Assembly: GCA_965140415.1 (NCBI GenBank)
Contig: OZ223209.1
Coordinates: 3,648,001-3,712,000, forward strand
Direction: 5' to 3'
Source of the DNA: Myxococcota bacterium
GTDB taxonomy: Bacteria > Myxococcota_A > SURF-8
DNA: 64,000 nucleotides
Shown here: positions 10,617-20,823 of the stretch, one piece after another
Layout: every line of letters begins with the position of its first letter
How positions within the stretch are numbered: the first letter of the stretch is position 1
The notes under the pieces: generated by a model
What the model saw: only the letters and a program-made list of their open reading frames with translations
The model's database searches: none
What the model was told of the DNA's origin: nothing
Made by a program: the position numbers and the translations under genes

Positions 10617-11402
10617 TCAGGCTTGCTTGCTGACCTGTTTATTCAAACTTGCAAGCCGTTCGGAAAGATTCTTGGCGATATCCACCAATGCAGTGGGATT
10701 GCTTCTCGCCAAGCCCTGGAAATCCTCTCCGGCAAATGCCATGACTTCACACACCGTCTGGGCTCGCACTGTTGCTGTACGCGACTGGCCGGTCAGACGA
10801 CTCATTTCACCGAAAATCTCGCTCTCACCGATCTCACCCACTTTCCGACCTGCGACAATCACATCCGCACGACCGGAGATCATCGAATAAACGTCCGTAT
10901 CCGTATCTCCTTCACGAATGATATCGGCACCTTCTGTGTAGGTCATCACCTGGAAATTAGGTCTGTGCAAGCTAGCCATGCTGGCTTCGATCACCAGTTG
11001 ATACAAAGCATTTTGTACCGCGAAATATTCCATCAGTAGAAGGAATCGATTACTGTCTTTTCGAATTTTCTTAAAGCTTTTGTCCCGATCGAAAATATCC
11101 GCTCTCACTGCAAATTCTAACGGACAGGAAATAATACTGGCATTCACACAGTTTTCCAGGCCAATCAATTCCTCTGGTTCATAGTAGAAAAGCGGATGAT
11201 CTCCCAGCTGCGCGGTAACGTTTCCGTCGGTCAGCCGGTAGAAACGGTTATCTGCGGCTTCCGGTCCTGCCAACAGCACATCTTTTTCAATCAATGCATT
11301 CTCATCAAGAGGCTTCAATCCATCCACAAGATCACTTACCAGATCTTTCAGTCGCTTGTTCAACGAATCGAAGCGCTCATCAACATTGACATTGGTATAC
11401 AT
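10617..11402 (-). CDS. Cyclic-nucleotide-binding protein (degenerate plus canonical cNMP domains, no HTH)
   Basis: C-terminal IIREGD...FGEMS...RTATV cassette; N-terminal half resembles a decayed cNMP barrel (FYRLTDG...ELIGLE). Start at ATG 11402 after GAGGAGG. Confidence 0.85.
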   Translation of the reverse strand: MYTNVNVDERFDSLNKRLKDLVSDLVDGLKPLDENALIEKDVLLAGPEAADNRFYRLTDGNVTAQLGDHPLFYYEPEELIGLENCVNASIISCPLEFAVRADIFDRDKSFKKIRKDSNRFLLLMEYFAVQNALYQLVIEASMASLHRPNFQVMTYTEGADIIREGDTDTDVYSMISGRADVIVAGRKVGEIGESEIFGEMSRLTGQSRTATVRAQTVCEVMAFAGEDFQGLARSNPTALVDIAKNLSERLASLNKQVSKQA

Positions 11403-11532
11403 CCGGCCCCTCCTCTTGTGCAGACTCATATCAATCCGCACAGCCCCAATTTAACCGTTCGGCCACTATGGCATCATACCGCACCACATCAATGCCGTCA
11501 AAAAGAGAGAAACAATTAAATTGCTGTTTTGT

Positions 11533-12723
11533 CTATTTGTGGATTACTGGGCGAGTTGCACCCTTTTCGAATAACCAGGGGAAAACCCGTTCACGCACCG
11601 AGGTCAACTGAGCTCGCTTGTATTCGGTATGGCTGGCACGACCTCGTCGGCTTTCGATGTAAGAGTTTTTATCAAGAATCTGGATTTCGTAAGGGAAGTA
11701 GAATTTGAACTCCATTACGCCTTTGTCTTCCATCAATTTTGTAATCGGAAGATTCTGCCCCCCTCGAATACGCACTAATTGACGACAAGTCACCTGAATC
11801 GAACTGTATTCGGTGGAAGAATACACATTCCGCTCGTGCAAAGCTTCCGGGTTGATTTTTGGCCGGCAATTCTCTGATTCGATCAATTCGACAACCTGTT
11901 TCTCCAACTGGCGCGCATCGATTTCCTCATCCCCCAGTTTCGCTCTCATGGCATCCAGACCGGCATGATACTGTCCGATATCCAACAATGTATTACGCGA
12001 GCGAGAGGCTTTGATATTCGGGAAAGCGAACACATTCTGAGATAAATAATTCAATACGGCGAGCGCCTCGAACTTGGTAAAGGTTACAAAGCGAAATCCG
12101 ATGCGATCGAAGATATCAGCTCCGGTGTTCTCTGCCTTATGCAGCAGCTTCAGGACCAGGCTCTCATAGCTTTTTTGCGTTTTGATATCCAGCATATACA
12201 ATCGGATGCCCGTCTCATCCTGTCCAAGATAAACGTCCCCAGCCGGATCCGTGTAAACATGATTGAGCACGGTATCCAAAATCTGTTTCTGAATGGCAGG
12301 AAAGAAATGAACGGACAGATCGTTATTGACGTGCGTCAGGGTGTGCATGACTCGTAGTAATGAACAGGCCCAGCGCCCTGTCATACTCTCGTCAGTCGCA
12401 GCCCAAACCATCAGGTTGCGGATATCTTCCTCGTATTTGACCGTTTCGGAAATTTCCAGCCGTTTGCGCGGATCATAAGGATCGGCCAGCAGTTGATGCT
12501 CCATAAAGTGCAGCGCATCCTGCCTCAACTTCTGTAGCTCCGCCCATTGCGTTTCATTGTTGGGATCATAACCATAATTTACAATGAATTCATGGGCTTT
12601 CTGAACAGTGGTTGTTCTCAGAATCGGCATATCAATGGCGGAATCCATGCCTAAAACGACATTGGCGGTTTCCCAATCCACGTAATATCCGTTGAAAACG
12701 TTGCGTAAGCTCATAATCACCAT
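11533..12723 (-). CDS. TIGR04552/TIGR04562-like protein; diverged RelA/SpoT-type nucleotidyltransferase fold
   Basis: About 400 aa with ordered motifs KSYESLVLKLLHK, DIFDRIGFRFV, YSSIQ, PYEIQI, GRASHTEYK. Confidence 0.75.
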   Translation of the reverse strand: MVIMSLRNVFNGYYVDWETANVVLGMDSAIDMPILRTTTVQKAHEFIVNYGYDPNNETQWAELQKLRQDALHFMEHQLLADPYDPRKRLEISETVKYEEDIRNLMVWAATDESMTGRWACSLLRVMHTLTHVNNDLSVHFFPAIQKQILDTVLNHVYTDPAGDVYLGQDETGIRLYMLDIKTQKSYESLVLKLLHKAENTGADIFDRIGFRFVTFTKFEALAVLNYLSQNVFAFPNIKASRSRNTLLDIGQYHAGLDAMRAKLGDEEIDARQLEKQVVELIESENCRPKINPEALHERNVYSSTEYSSIQVTCRQLVRIRGGQNLPITKLMEDKGVMEFKFYFPYEIQILDKNSYIESRRGRASHTEYKRAQLTSVRERVFPWLFEKGATRPVIHK

Positions 12724-13158
12724 TCTACGTGCTGGTCATGACGGGGGGTTTTGTGCCATACAGAACCTGTTTTTGCAAGTCCTTTTTTCCTGCCGCTTTT
12801 GTTCCTATCAGATCGTGCTTCCTCAGACTCCCAACAAACTCATTTCCATGTACTCCAACCAAACTCGAAACTGTTCGATGAAAAGGCTATTCTATACCTT
12901 GCCTGTATGTTAGACTTATGTTTGAGAACATCAAGTTGATCTTCAATGATACTCTTCACGCTCGCTTTCATTCTTCCTCCACAGTGCAACGCGATAGGCA
13001 ACTCGTTTTTTACACTTCAGTAAACAAAAACTTGCCCTGGAGATATAGGAGTGCGACTATTACAAACGTTATAGGACATCTAAACTGATGGGCGTTTTTC
13101 GAGATAAATCTCGGGAGAAAGTTGTTCGATAAATACTAGGGAAAGGATTCGGGGTCGG

Positions 13159-16100
13159 ATGGTTCGAAAAGTCAGTATTTCAAGCAGTTTTTTTATTGGG
13201 GGATCTTCCATCGTCTTCCTCTCGCTGCTCGTCTTCGGTGCAAGTTGGATCTGGAAGGAATACAGCGTTTTCAGTGAAGAATCCGTCCAGATGCGTGAAC
13301 AGTATCTGGAATCAAACAAACAATTGGTAAAAAACGAAACCCAACAAATTATCGATCTGATCGACCGCTTACGTTCAAAAGTTGAACAGCGTCTTAAATA
13401 TACAATAAAATCTAGAGTCTACGAAGCAGATGCTATTGCCAACCAACTCTATACTGTCCACGGGAAAAACCACTCTCGCAAAGAAATCGAAAGGTTGATT
13501 ATCGACGCATTGCGTCCCATTCGATACAACGGAGGTAGAGGGTACTATTTCATTACAGCTTTAGACGGTACGGAAAAACTATTCCCAATTCGACCTGAGT
13601 TGGAAGGCACTTCCATGTTGACGACCCAGGATACACAAGGCCGCTACGTCGTACCGGACATGATAGAAATCGCAACTGCTGTAGGCGAAGGATTTTACCG
13701 ATACACTTGGACCAAGCCGGGGCACAAATCCAATTTCTTTCCAAAAATTGCCTTTGTTAAACGTTTCAGCCCACTAAACTGGTTGATCGGAACTGGAGAG
13801 TATCTAGATGATGTCGATCAGGACATTCAGCGAGAGACCCTGGAACATATCCAAGCCACCACCTTTGGTTCAAAAGGTCGGCTTTTCGTTTGCCAATTCG
13901 ACGGTCCCTGCTTGAGCGGTTCACTCAAGGATGAATATGTAAAGCAATACAAGGATGCCAAAGGAGAATTCTTTTTAAATGAATTACAAACGGTTGCGAC
14001 TTCCGGCGGCGGTTTTCTACTACACACACCACTTAAAAATGAAACGACCTCCCTTCACTCCGAGCTTTTCTACGCGGCTGCAGTCGATGATTGGAAATGG
14101 ATTGTGGGGGCTGAAATCCCCATCGATCAGATAGAAACCATTATCGCAGATCGAAAAGCAGCGATGTCAAATCGCCTGCGATGGCAAATGGCTCAGATTC
14201 TCCTCCTGTTTCTGCTGATTCTGACACTTGCCCTGATTGGCGGTGCCATTCTGGCCAGAATGATGCGGAACGAATTTGCTCTCATCGGTAATTTTTTCCA
14301 ACATGCAGCCCATGCCGATACTCCCACACAAATCGCCACTGATCGATTACACGTGCAGGAGTTGGAGATGATTGCCCAGTCGGCCAACAGCATGATCCAG
14401 CAACGAGAAGCTGCCACAATGGAGCGCAATCGCCTATCGTCCATTTTGGAAGCTACCAGCGATTATATCTCCATGTCCTCCCTGGACCAGGAAATCACAT
14501 ATATGAACTCAGCATTTCGAACCTTTACCGGTCTATCGGAAACGAATGAGTTGTCCAGAATCCTGATTCAAAACCTTCATCCGCCAGAGGCATTTAAAAC
14601 GATTCGTGATGTTGGTATCCCACATGCAATCCAAAACTCAACCTTCAAACATGAAACCTATTTACTTGCACCTGATCATTCTATGGTACCGGTTTCTCAG
14701 GTCATCATTGCACACCGAAAATCAGATGGTTCCCCGGATTATTTATCCACGATCATTCGTGACATTTCCGAAAAGAAAGAAACAGAAGAGGCTCTTCGAG
14801 CCAGCGAGGAACGCTATCGCACGATTTTCATGAAGTCCGCAGATGCAACAGTCATTATGGACGAACAATTTTTCTTGGATTGCAATGACGCATGTATAGA
14901 ATTGTTCGGGTACCAAACCAAAGAACAAATTATCAATCTCCCCCCCTCCCACCATTCACCGGAATTTCAAGCGAGTGGCGTTTCCTCAGAAGTCGAAGCA
15001 AAGCATCGAATCGAAGAAGCAATTGAAAACGGTAAGAATCTGTTTGACTGGATCCATCGAAAAGCGAACGGCAATAACTTCTATGCCCAGGTCACTCTTA
15101 CACCATTCCGTTTTCGTGACAAGCAAATGCTGCAAGCCGTCATTCGAGATGTAACAGCATTGAAAAAAGCTCAAGAAGAAATTCTACGTGAGCAAGATAT
15201 AAACAAGTTATTGATTCAAGCATCTCCTGCATTCATCGTGTCCATAGACCAGCAAGGACGCACCATCTCCATGAATGATGCCATGCTTTCTGCATTGGGA
15301 TATGAAGCGGAAGAAGTAATTGGAAAAGATTATCTGACCACATTCGTGCCACCGGAAGATCGAAAGATGCTCGGAAATTTATTTCAAAGCTTACTTACAA
15401 ATAGCACTTCCTCCTTGAATGAGAATGAAGTTGTGTCCAAATCAGGAGAACGACTTTTGGTAGAGTGGCATGGTAAAACCATCCGCGACATTGATAAAAA
15501 AGTTGAGTTTTTCTTCGGCTTTGGAATCGATATAACTGAACGAAAAAAAGTCGAACTCGAGCTGCAAAACAGCCGGAAATGGTTGGCGACAACTCTTTCC
15601 AGTGTTGGAGAAGCCATTATCACCACAGACGTTCATGGAAAAATAACTTTCATCAATCCGATAGCAGAAAAGTTGTTTGACTATGCTTCTGAACATGGAA
15701 ACGAGTATTTGTTGAATGATATTTTCCAGCTTATAGACGAACAAACTCGAACACCGATTCAAAATCCACTAGAAGAGATCCTTACTACCCAAACCATAGT
15801 GTCTTCCTCCAACCAAACCCTGTTATTCTGCGATAATGGCAAAGAATATCCCGTTACTTACAGTGCAGCTCCAATCGTTGACTCGGACGATGTTATTCTT
15901 GGAATGGTGTTGGTTATGCACGACATGACTGAGCATCGGGAAAACGAAGCCAAGCTTCGGCAAAGCCAGAAGTTGGAATCACTTGGAACCCTATCAAGCG
16001 GAATCGCACACGAAATAAACAACCCAATCGGCATTATTCGCAATTTCGCCGAATTGATAAAAGACGAGAACTGCCCAGGGGAGGAACGCCTTGAATTCAG

Positions 16101-16665
16101 CGAGATGATCATCACTGAGTGTGATCGAATCGCCACCATTGTAAAGAATCTGCTCTCCTTCAGCCGACAGCAAAAAGAAGCGTTCGCTCCGGCGAAAGTG
16201 AGCGATATCATCATGACAACATTCTCCTTAATTAATAAGGTCCTAGGAAAAGACAGAATCCTGTTGTCAGTTGATGTCGAACAAGATTTACCGCCTTTGC
16301 TTTGCCGCTTTCAACAAATTCAGCAGGTGTTGATGAATCTTGTTACCAATGCTCGAGATGCATTAAACCTGCGCTTCCCAGACGCTAACGAAGAAAAGAA
16401 AATGATTGTGTCCGCACGTACCTTTGAGAATCAGGATACTACTTGGATCCGCATAACCGTTGAAGACTATGGAAATGGAATTCCACCAGAAATCGCTTCA
16501 CGAATTTTCGATCCCTTTTATACTTCTAAACCTAGAAATCAGGGAACCGGATTAGGGCTTTCAATCAGCCATGGAATCATTCAAGACCATCAGGGTGAAC
16601 TGTGGTTTGAGAGCGAGGCAGGACTCTTTACACGATTCCATGTCGATTTACCCAGTAGTAGATAA
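13159..16665 (+). CDS. Membrane sensor histidine kinase (Cache domains, HAMP-like linker, 4 PAS, HisKA, HATPase)
   Basis: Two TMs flank Cache_2-like domains (GYYF, GEGFYRYTW); four PAS ends (DISE, DVT, DITE, DMTE); IAHEINNP, NARDA, D-x-G-x-G, GTGLGL. Confidence 0.95.
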   Translation: MVRKVSISSSFFIGGSSIVFLSLLVFGASWIWKEYSVFSEESVQMREQYLESNKQLVKNETQQIIDLIDRLRSKVEQRLKYTIKSRVYEADAIANQLYTVHGKNHSRKEIERLIIDALRPIRYNGGRGYYFITALDGTEKLFPIRPELEGTSMLTTQDTQGRYVVPDMIEIATAVGEGFYRYTWTKPGHKSNFFPKIAFVKRFSPLNWLIGTGEYLDDVDQDIQRETLEHIQATTFGSKGRLFVCQFDGPCLSGSLKDEYVKQYKDAKGEFFLNELQTVATSGGGFLLHTPLKNETTSLHSELFYAAAVDDWKWIVGAEIPIDQIETIIADRKAAMSNRLRWQMAQILLLFLLILTLALIGGAILARMMRNEFALIGNFFQHAAHADTPTQIATDRLHVQELEMIAQSANSMIQQREAATMERNRLSSILEATSDYISMSSLDQEITYMNSAFRTFTGLSETNELSRILIQNLHPPEAFKTIRDVGIPHAIQNSTFKHETYLLAPDHSMVPVSQVIIAHRKSDGSPDYLSTIIRDISEKKETEEALRASEERYRTIFMKSADATVIMDEQFFLDCNDACIELFGYQTKEQIINLPPSHHSPEFQASGVSSEVEAKHRIEEAIENGKNLFDWIHRKANGNNFYAQVTLTPFRFRDKQMLQAVIRDVTALKKAQEEILREQDINKLLIQASPAFIVSIDQQGRTISMNDAMLSALGYEAEEVIGKDYLTTFVPPEDRKMLGNLFQSLLTNSTSSLNENEVVSKSGERLLVEWHGKTIRDIDKKVEFFFGFGIDITERKKVELELQNSRKWLATTLSSVGEAIITTDVHGKITFINPIAEKLFDYASEHGNEYLLNDIFQLIDEQTRTPIQNPLEEILTTQTIVSSSNQTLLFCDNGKEYPVTYSAAPIVDSDDVILGMVLVMHDMTEHRENEAKLRQSQKLESLGTLSSGIAHEINNPIGIIRNFAELIKDENCPGEERLEFSEMIITECDRIATIVKNLLSFSRQQKEAFAPAKVSDIIMTTFSLINKVLGKDRILLSVDVEQDLPPLLCRFQQIQQVLMNLVTNARDALNLRFPDANEEKKMIVSARTFENQDTTWIRITVEDYGNGIPPEIASRIFDPFYTSKPRNQGTGLGLSISHGIIQDHQGELWFESEAGLFTRFHVDLPSSR

Positions 16666-16709
16666 ACAATGAATGCTCCTTCCGCTGAGAAGCAGGAGAG
16701 TTCCGAAGC

Positions 16710-19190
16710 ATGACTCAGATTTTGATTATCGACGATGAAGCGGGATATCGGAAAACGATTTCCCTATTTCTAAAAATAGAGGGGTATGATGTCGTTTCAT
16801 GCGCCGACGGCAAAGAGGCGCTTGAAATCATTCATACAACGCCTTTAGACCTTGTCATAAGCGACATTCTGTTACCAGGAATATCCGGTGTCGAGTTGCT
16901 CAGCGAGATCAATCAAATCCTCCCTACAGTACCTGTTATTCTCATCACTGGAGAACCGACGATAACCTCGGCAGTGAAAGCGGTACAAGGAGGAGCATTC
17001 GACTATCTGACTAAACCATTTACGAAAGAAGCGCTCATCCGTGTTGTAAATAGCGCTCTTCGTGTAAAGCAGTTGGAAGATGAAAACCGCCACCATCAAG
17101 AACAGCTTGAAGAGCTTGTGCAACAACGAACTCGCCAAATCGCCAATACAAGCGATCTGTTAAAACATATCGCTCAGCAGGCTCTTCAGTTTTCTCGGTG
17201 CTTGACAGAAGAAGAACTGAATCAGGCGATTTTGAAGTTACTTTGCGAAGTGGTGAACGCTAAATCAGGCATCATCCTGAACATCTCAGAGCAACAAATC
17301 TCTTCGAGCGTAACTTACGGACCATCCTTTTTATCGATCGATTCAATTAATCAACCGAAACATGAAAAACGTGGAGTGGAATTCTCGGATACAGAAACCT
17401 GCTTGCTTAAAAGCGACACCAAGCTTCCAACATGGTTAATTCCAATACAACAAGAAATGCCACCAGACTCTATACTACTCCAAATGCTGGTCCGAGACGA
17501 CAGCAATCAGTCGATTGCACTACTGCTATCCCAACCAGAAGTAACCTTCGACAATCAAGCTCTTGAATTATGCGGTCTGGCTGCCATGCATGGTCGAGAT
17601 GCGATAAAAAATCTGCGACTAAGCCAGTCGCTACAAGAATCGGAAAACAAATATCGAACCCTTAGTGAAAACTCCAATACCGGTATTTTCGTCCACCAAA
17701 ACGGAATCCTGGTGTATGTCAATGAACATCTTTCGGAAATGCTGGGATACACCCCACAAGAAACAAGCAGTTTTATAGGTCAACCAATCTTTCGTTTCTT
17801 TCACCCGGAGAGTCTTCCTCAGGCACTACAAGAAGTCCAGAAACATCGCCATACAGAATCAGGCAACGCCAGGGAAGAATATCGCCTTGTAACTAAAAAC
17901 GGAGATACCGTCTGGGTGGATGCCGCTCTTTCCTGGATAGAATTGCAAGGGCACCCGTCAACGATGGGAAACTTGATTGACATTACGGCCCGTAAACAAG
18001 CTGAAGAAGAAAACATCACTCTACAAAATCAACTGATGCAAGCCCAGAAAATGGAAGCCATCGGCACACTGGCAGGCGGCATCGCCCACGATTTCAACAA
18101 TATTCTTAGTATTATACTGGGCAATACTCAAATGGTTCTCATGGAGGATATCGACCCAGAGAGTCGCAGCTACCAGGATCTCCTGATGGTTCTCGAAGCT
18201 GCTGATCGAGCAAAATCCCTCGTTAAGCAAATCCTTACATTCAGTCGTCGAACCAAACAAGTGCGCAATCCGATCCAAATTCAGCCCATCCTCAAAGAAG
18301 TGCTTAGAATGTTGCGCGCATCATTACCTTCAACTATCGAAATCAAGCAAAACCTGGCGGTGAACGACTGGTCCCTTCTTGCCGATCCAACGGAAATCCA
18401 TCAGATACTGATGAATCTTTGCACCAATGCCGCTCACGCTATGGAAAACAGGGGTGGCAAACTGGAAGTCAAATTACAGGCCTTGGATCACACCCAAGCC
18501 AATCTCGAAGAACTCCCTCATCCATCTTTGTCACAAAATAAATTTTTCAAATTGGAAGTTTCGGATACAGGCTGCGGAATGAAATCTGAAATTGTAGCTC
18601 GGATATTCGAACCATTTTTTACAACGAAAGGAAAAGGCCAAGGAACGGGGTTAGGATTGTCCGTTGTTCACGGAACGGTAAAAAGTCTCGGAGGAAACAT
18701 CTTCGTCGATAGCGTGGAGGATAAAGGCACAACGTTCAATGTATATCTGCCTATCACAGACGATCTACCAACATCCGAACCGAAAGAGAAAAACCAGTCA
18801 TTACCAACAGGCCATGAAACGCTATTGATAGTTGACGATGAAGATGCCATGATCATGCTGATCGACAATCTGCTAAGTCGGCTCGGATACACTGTATTAC
18901 ACACAACAAGCAGTGAAAAAGCATGGGAGATGTTTACTGCAAACCCAAGTTCATTTTCCCTCCTTTTAACAGATTTGACCATGCCCAAAATGACAGGGTT
19001 AGAGCTATCGCAGAAAATACTAGAAGTTTCACCTCAGTTTCCCATTATGATGATGTCCGGAAATATTACGGAAAACAACCGACGACTGGCGGAAGACATC
19101 GGTATTCGCCGCCTAATTCTGAAACCATTCGATGCCTATGACTTCGCTCGAATGATTCGTACGGTCATTGATGAAAATAAAATTGGTTAA
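16710..19190 (+). CDS. Hybrid sensor kinase/response regulator (REC-GAF-like-PAS-HisKA-HATPase-REC)
   Basis: N-terminal IIDDE...DILLP receiver; GGIAHDFNN; GTGLGL; C-terminal VDDE...DLTMP receiver. Confidence 0.95.
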   Translation: MTQILIIDDEAGYRKTISLFLKIEGYDVVSCADGKEALEIIHTTPLDLVISDILLPGISGVELLSEINQILPTVPVILITGEPTITSAVKAVQGGAFDYLTKPFTKEALIRVVNSALRVKQLEDENRHHQEQLEELVQQRTRQIANTSDLLKHIAQQALQFSRCLTEEELNQAILKLLCEVVNAKSGIILNISEQQISSSVTYGPSFLSIDSINQPKHEKRGVEFSDTETCLLKSDTKLPTWLIPIQQEMPPDSILLQMLVRDDSNQSIALLLSQPEVTFDNQALELCGLAAMHGRDAIKNLRLSQSLQESENKYRTLSENSNTGIFVHQNGILVYVNEHLSEMLGYTPQETSSFIGQPIFRFFHPESLPQALQEVQKHRHTESGNAREEYRLVTKNGDTVWVDAALSWIELQGHPSTMGNLIDITARKQAEEENITLQNQLMQAQKMEAIGTLAGGIAHDFNNILSIILGNTQMVLMEDIDPESRSYQDLLMVLEAADRAKSLVKQILTFSRRTKQVRNPIQIQPILKEVLRMLRASLPSTIEIKQNLAVNDWSLLADPTEIHQILMNLCTNAAHAMENRGGKLEVKLQALDHTQANLEELPHPSLSQNKFFKLEVSDTGCGMKSEIVARIFEPFFTTKGKGQGTGLGLSVVHGTVKSLGGNIFVDSVEDKGTTFNVYLPITDDLPTSEPKEKNQSLPTGHETLLIVDDEDAMIMLIDNLLSRLGYTVLHTTSSEKAWEMFTANPSSFSLLLTDLTMPKMTGLELSQKILEVSPQFPIMMMSGNITENNRRLAEDIGIRRLILKPFDAYDFARMIRTVIDENKIG

Positions 19191-19209
19191 GTCCACAGAA
19201 AGACAGACT

Positions 19210-20616
19210 ATGTCCGGTGTATTGATTATTGATGATGACCCCTTATTCTGCCAATCCCTTGTCAGTATGACCGAACGTATGGGTTACTCCACCGATTTCA
19301 CGCATACGGCATCAACAGGGCTGCAAACTGCCAGGCAAGGACACTATTCCGTAATACTGCTGGATGTTGGATTGCCGGACTGTTCTGGCCTCGACATTCT
19401 TGGCGAACTAAAGGAAGTACCATCAAAACCGGAAGTAATCATTATTACGGGAATTGGGGACACCAGCGGAGCTGAATTAGCTATCCGAAATGGAGCCTGG
19501 GATTATATCGTCAAGGGTTTCAATTATGCCGATTTGCGTCTTCCTCTGGCGCGTGCTCACCAATACCATAATGAAAAACGTATAAGTGCTCCCTCCCGTG
19601 TTATCAACCGAGATGGTATTCTTGGCACCAGTCAAGCGATTGTTAACTGCCTGGATATCATTTCCGTTGCTGCGCAACAAAACGCCAGCGTGTTGATCAC
19701 TGGTGAAACCGGCACAGGAAAAGAACTGTTCGCACGAGCAATCCACAATAACAGCCACCGCAATCAGCAGAAATTTGTGGTACTGGACTGCGCTTCTTTA
19801 CCGGAAACGCTATTGGAGAGTATGTTGTTCGGTTATACCAAAGGTGCGTTTACTGGGGCAGATAGGGATCACGCCGGATTGATCAAACATGCCGATGGAG
19901 GCACTCTGTTTCTCGATGAAATTGGCGAGTTGCCTTTAAATTTTCAAAAAGCCTTCTTACGCGTTTTGCAGGAAAAACGCTTTCGCCCTGTTGGCAGTGC
20001 AGTTGAAACTACAAGTAATTTCAGACTTGTCGCAGCAACAAACCGTAATCTGGACCAAATGGTTAAGGAAGGCAGTTTTCGCAAAGATCTTCTTTTCCGT
20101 TTACGAACTATCACGCTGGAATTACCTCCTTTGCGAGAAAGAAAGAAGGATATCAAAGACATCGTCATCCATTACCTCAGCCAGGCTTCCGAGCAATTCG
20201 GCATGGCAATGAAGGGGTTCAGTACCGATTTCTTGGAAGCTCTTCACAATTACGATTGGCCGGGCAATGTCAGGGAACTTCTTCACACAATGGAAAGTGC
20301 GGTAACACTGGCCCAAGACGAACCAACGCTATTCCCGACGCATTTGCCGATGCAAATGCGAATCAGCATGCTTAAAGCCAATATTGTAGAACAACAAAAG
20401 ACTCCTTCACCCAATCCAGAAGAAGAGCACATCATTACTGCTTTTACTTCCTTTACTGAAACTCGTAGAAATGTGCTTGAAAAAATGGAACGCTCCTATC
20501 TGGTCGAGTTGATCAAACGTTCATCCGGTGATTTGAAGACAGCACTCAAGATAAGCGGACTAAAACAAACGCGCCTATACGACCTGATGAAAAAACACAA
20601 TCTCTCTTTACGATAA
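19210..20616 (+). CDS. Sigma-54-dependent response regulator (NtrC family bEBP)
   Basis: Receiver domain, GETGTGKE Walker A, GAFTGA, LFLDEIG, WPGNVREL, C-terminal Fis-type HTH. Confidence 0.95.
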   Translation: MSGVLIIDDDPLFCQSLVSMTERMGYSTDFTHTASTGLQTARQGHYSVILLDVGLPDCSGLDILGELKEVPSKPEVIIITGIGDTSGAELAIRNGAWDYIVKGFNYADLRLPLARAHQYHNEKRISAPSRVINRDGILGTSQAIVNCLDIISVAAQQNASVLITGETGTGKELFARAIHNNSHRNQQKFVVLDCASLPETLLESMLFGYTKGAFTGADRDHAGLIKHADGGTLFLDEIGELPLNFQKAFLRVLQEKRFRPVGSAVETTSNFRLVAATNRNLDQMVKEGSFRKDLLFRLRTITLELPPLRERKKDIKDIVIHYLSQASEQFGMAMKGFSTDFLEALHNYDWPGNVRELLHTMESAVTLAQDEPTLFPTHLPMQMRISMLKANIVEQQKTPSPNPEEEHIITAFTSFTETRRNVLEKMERSYLVELIKRSSGDLKTALKISGLKQTRLYDLMKKHNLSLR

Positions 20617-20641
20617 GAACCAACATCGCAGGTAGAAAATC

Positions 20642-20680
20642 TTCCGCTTTTTACGGAAATCCCCTCCGCAATTCACGGAA
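20642..20680. promoter_or_regulatory. Tandem palindromic upstream activator sites (TCCG-N7-CGGA)
   Basis: TTCCG-CTTTTTA-CGGAA (20642-20658) and CTCCG-CAATTCA-CGGAA (20664-20680), 22-bp period, about 85-120 bp upstream of a -24 box. Confidence 0.7.
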
Positions 20681-20720
20681 ATCCTGCTTCTCATTTCAGA
20701 CGATCCAAATTGATATAGAC

Positions 20721-20738
20721 GTAAATTACTGAATTTAC
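20721..20738. promoter_or_regulatory. IHF-like site / AT-rich palindrome between enhancer and promoter
   Basis: GTAAATT-ACTG-AATTTAC; the minus strand contains ATTCAGTAATTTA, one mismatch from WATCARNNNNTTR. Confidence 0.45.
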
Positions 20739-20762
20739 ACATCTGTCAGTACGGAAAAATTC

Positions 20763-20778
20763 TGGCATGTCCCTTGCT
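20763..20778 (+). promoter_or_regulatory. Sigma-54 (-24/-12) promoter
   Basis: TGGCATG-TCCC-TTGCT with GG and GC exactly 12 bp apart; directly downstream of a bEBP gene. Confidence 0.85.
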
Positions 20779-20823
20779 TTACTGCTTTCCGTGTGCAAGA
20801 GCAAGACTTGAGAGAAAAGTGAG

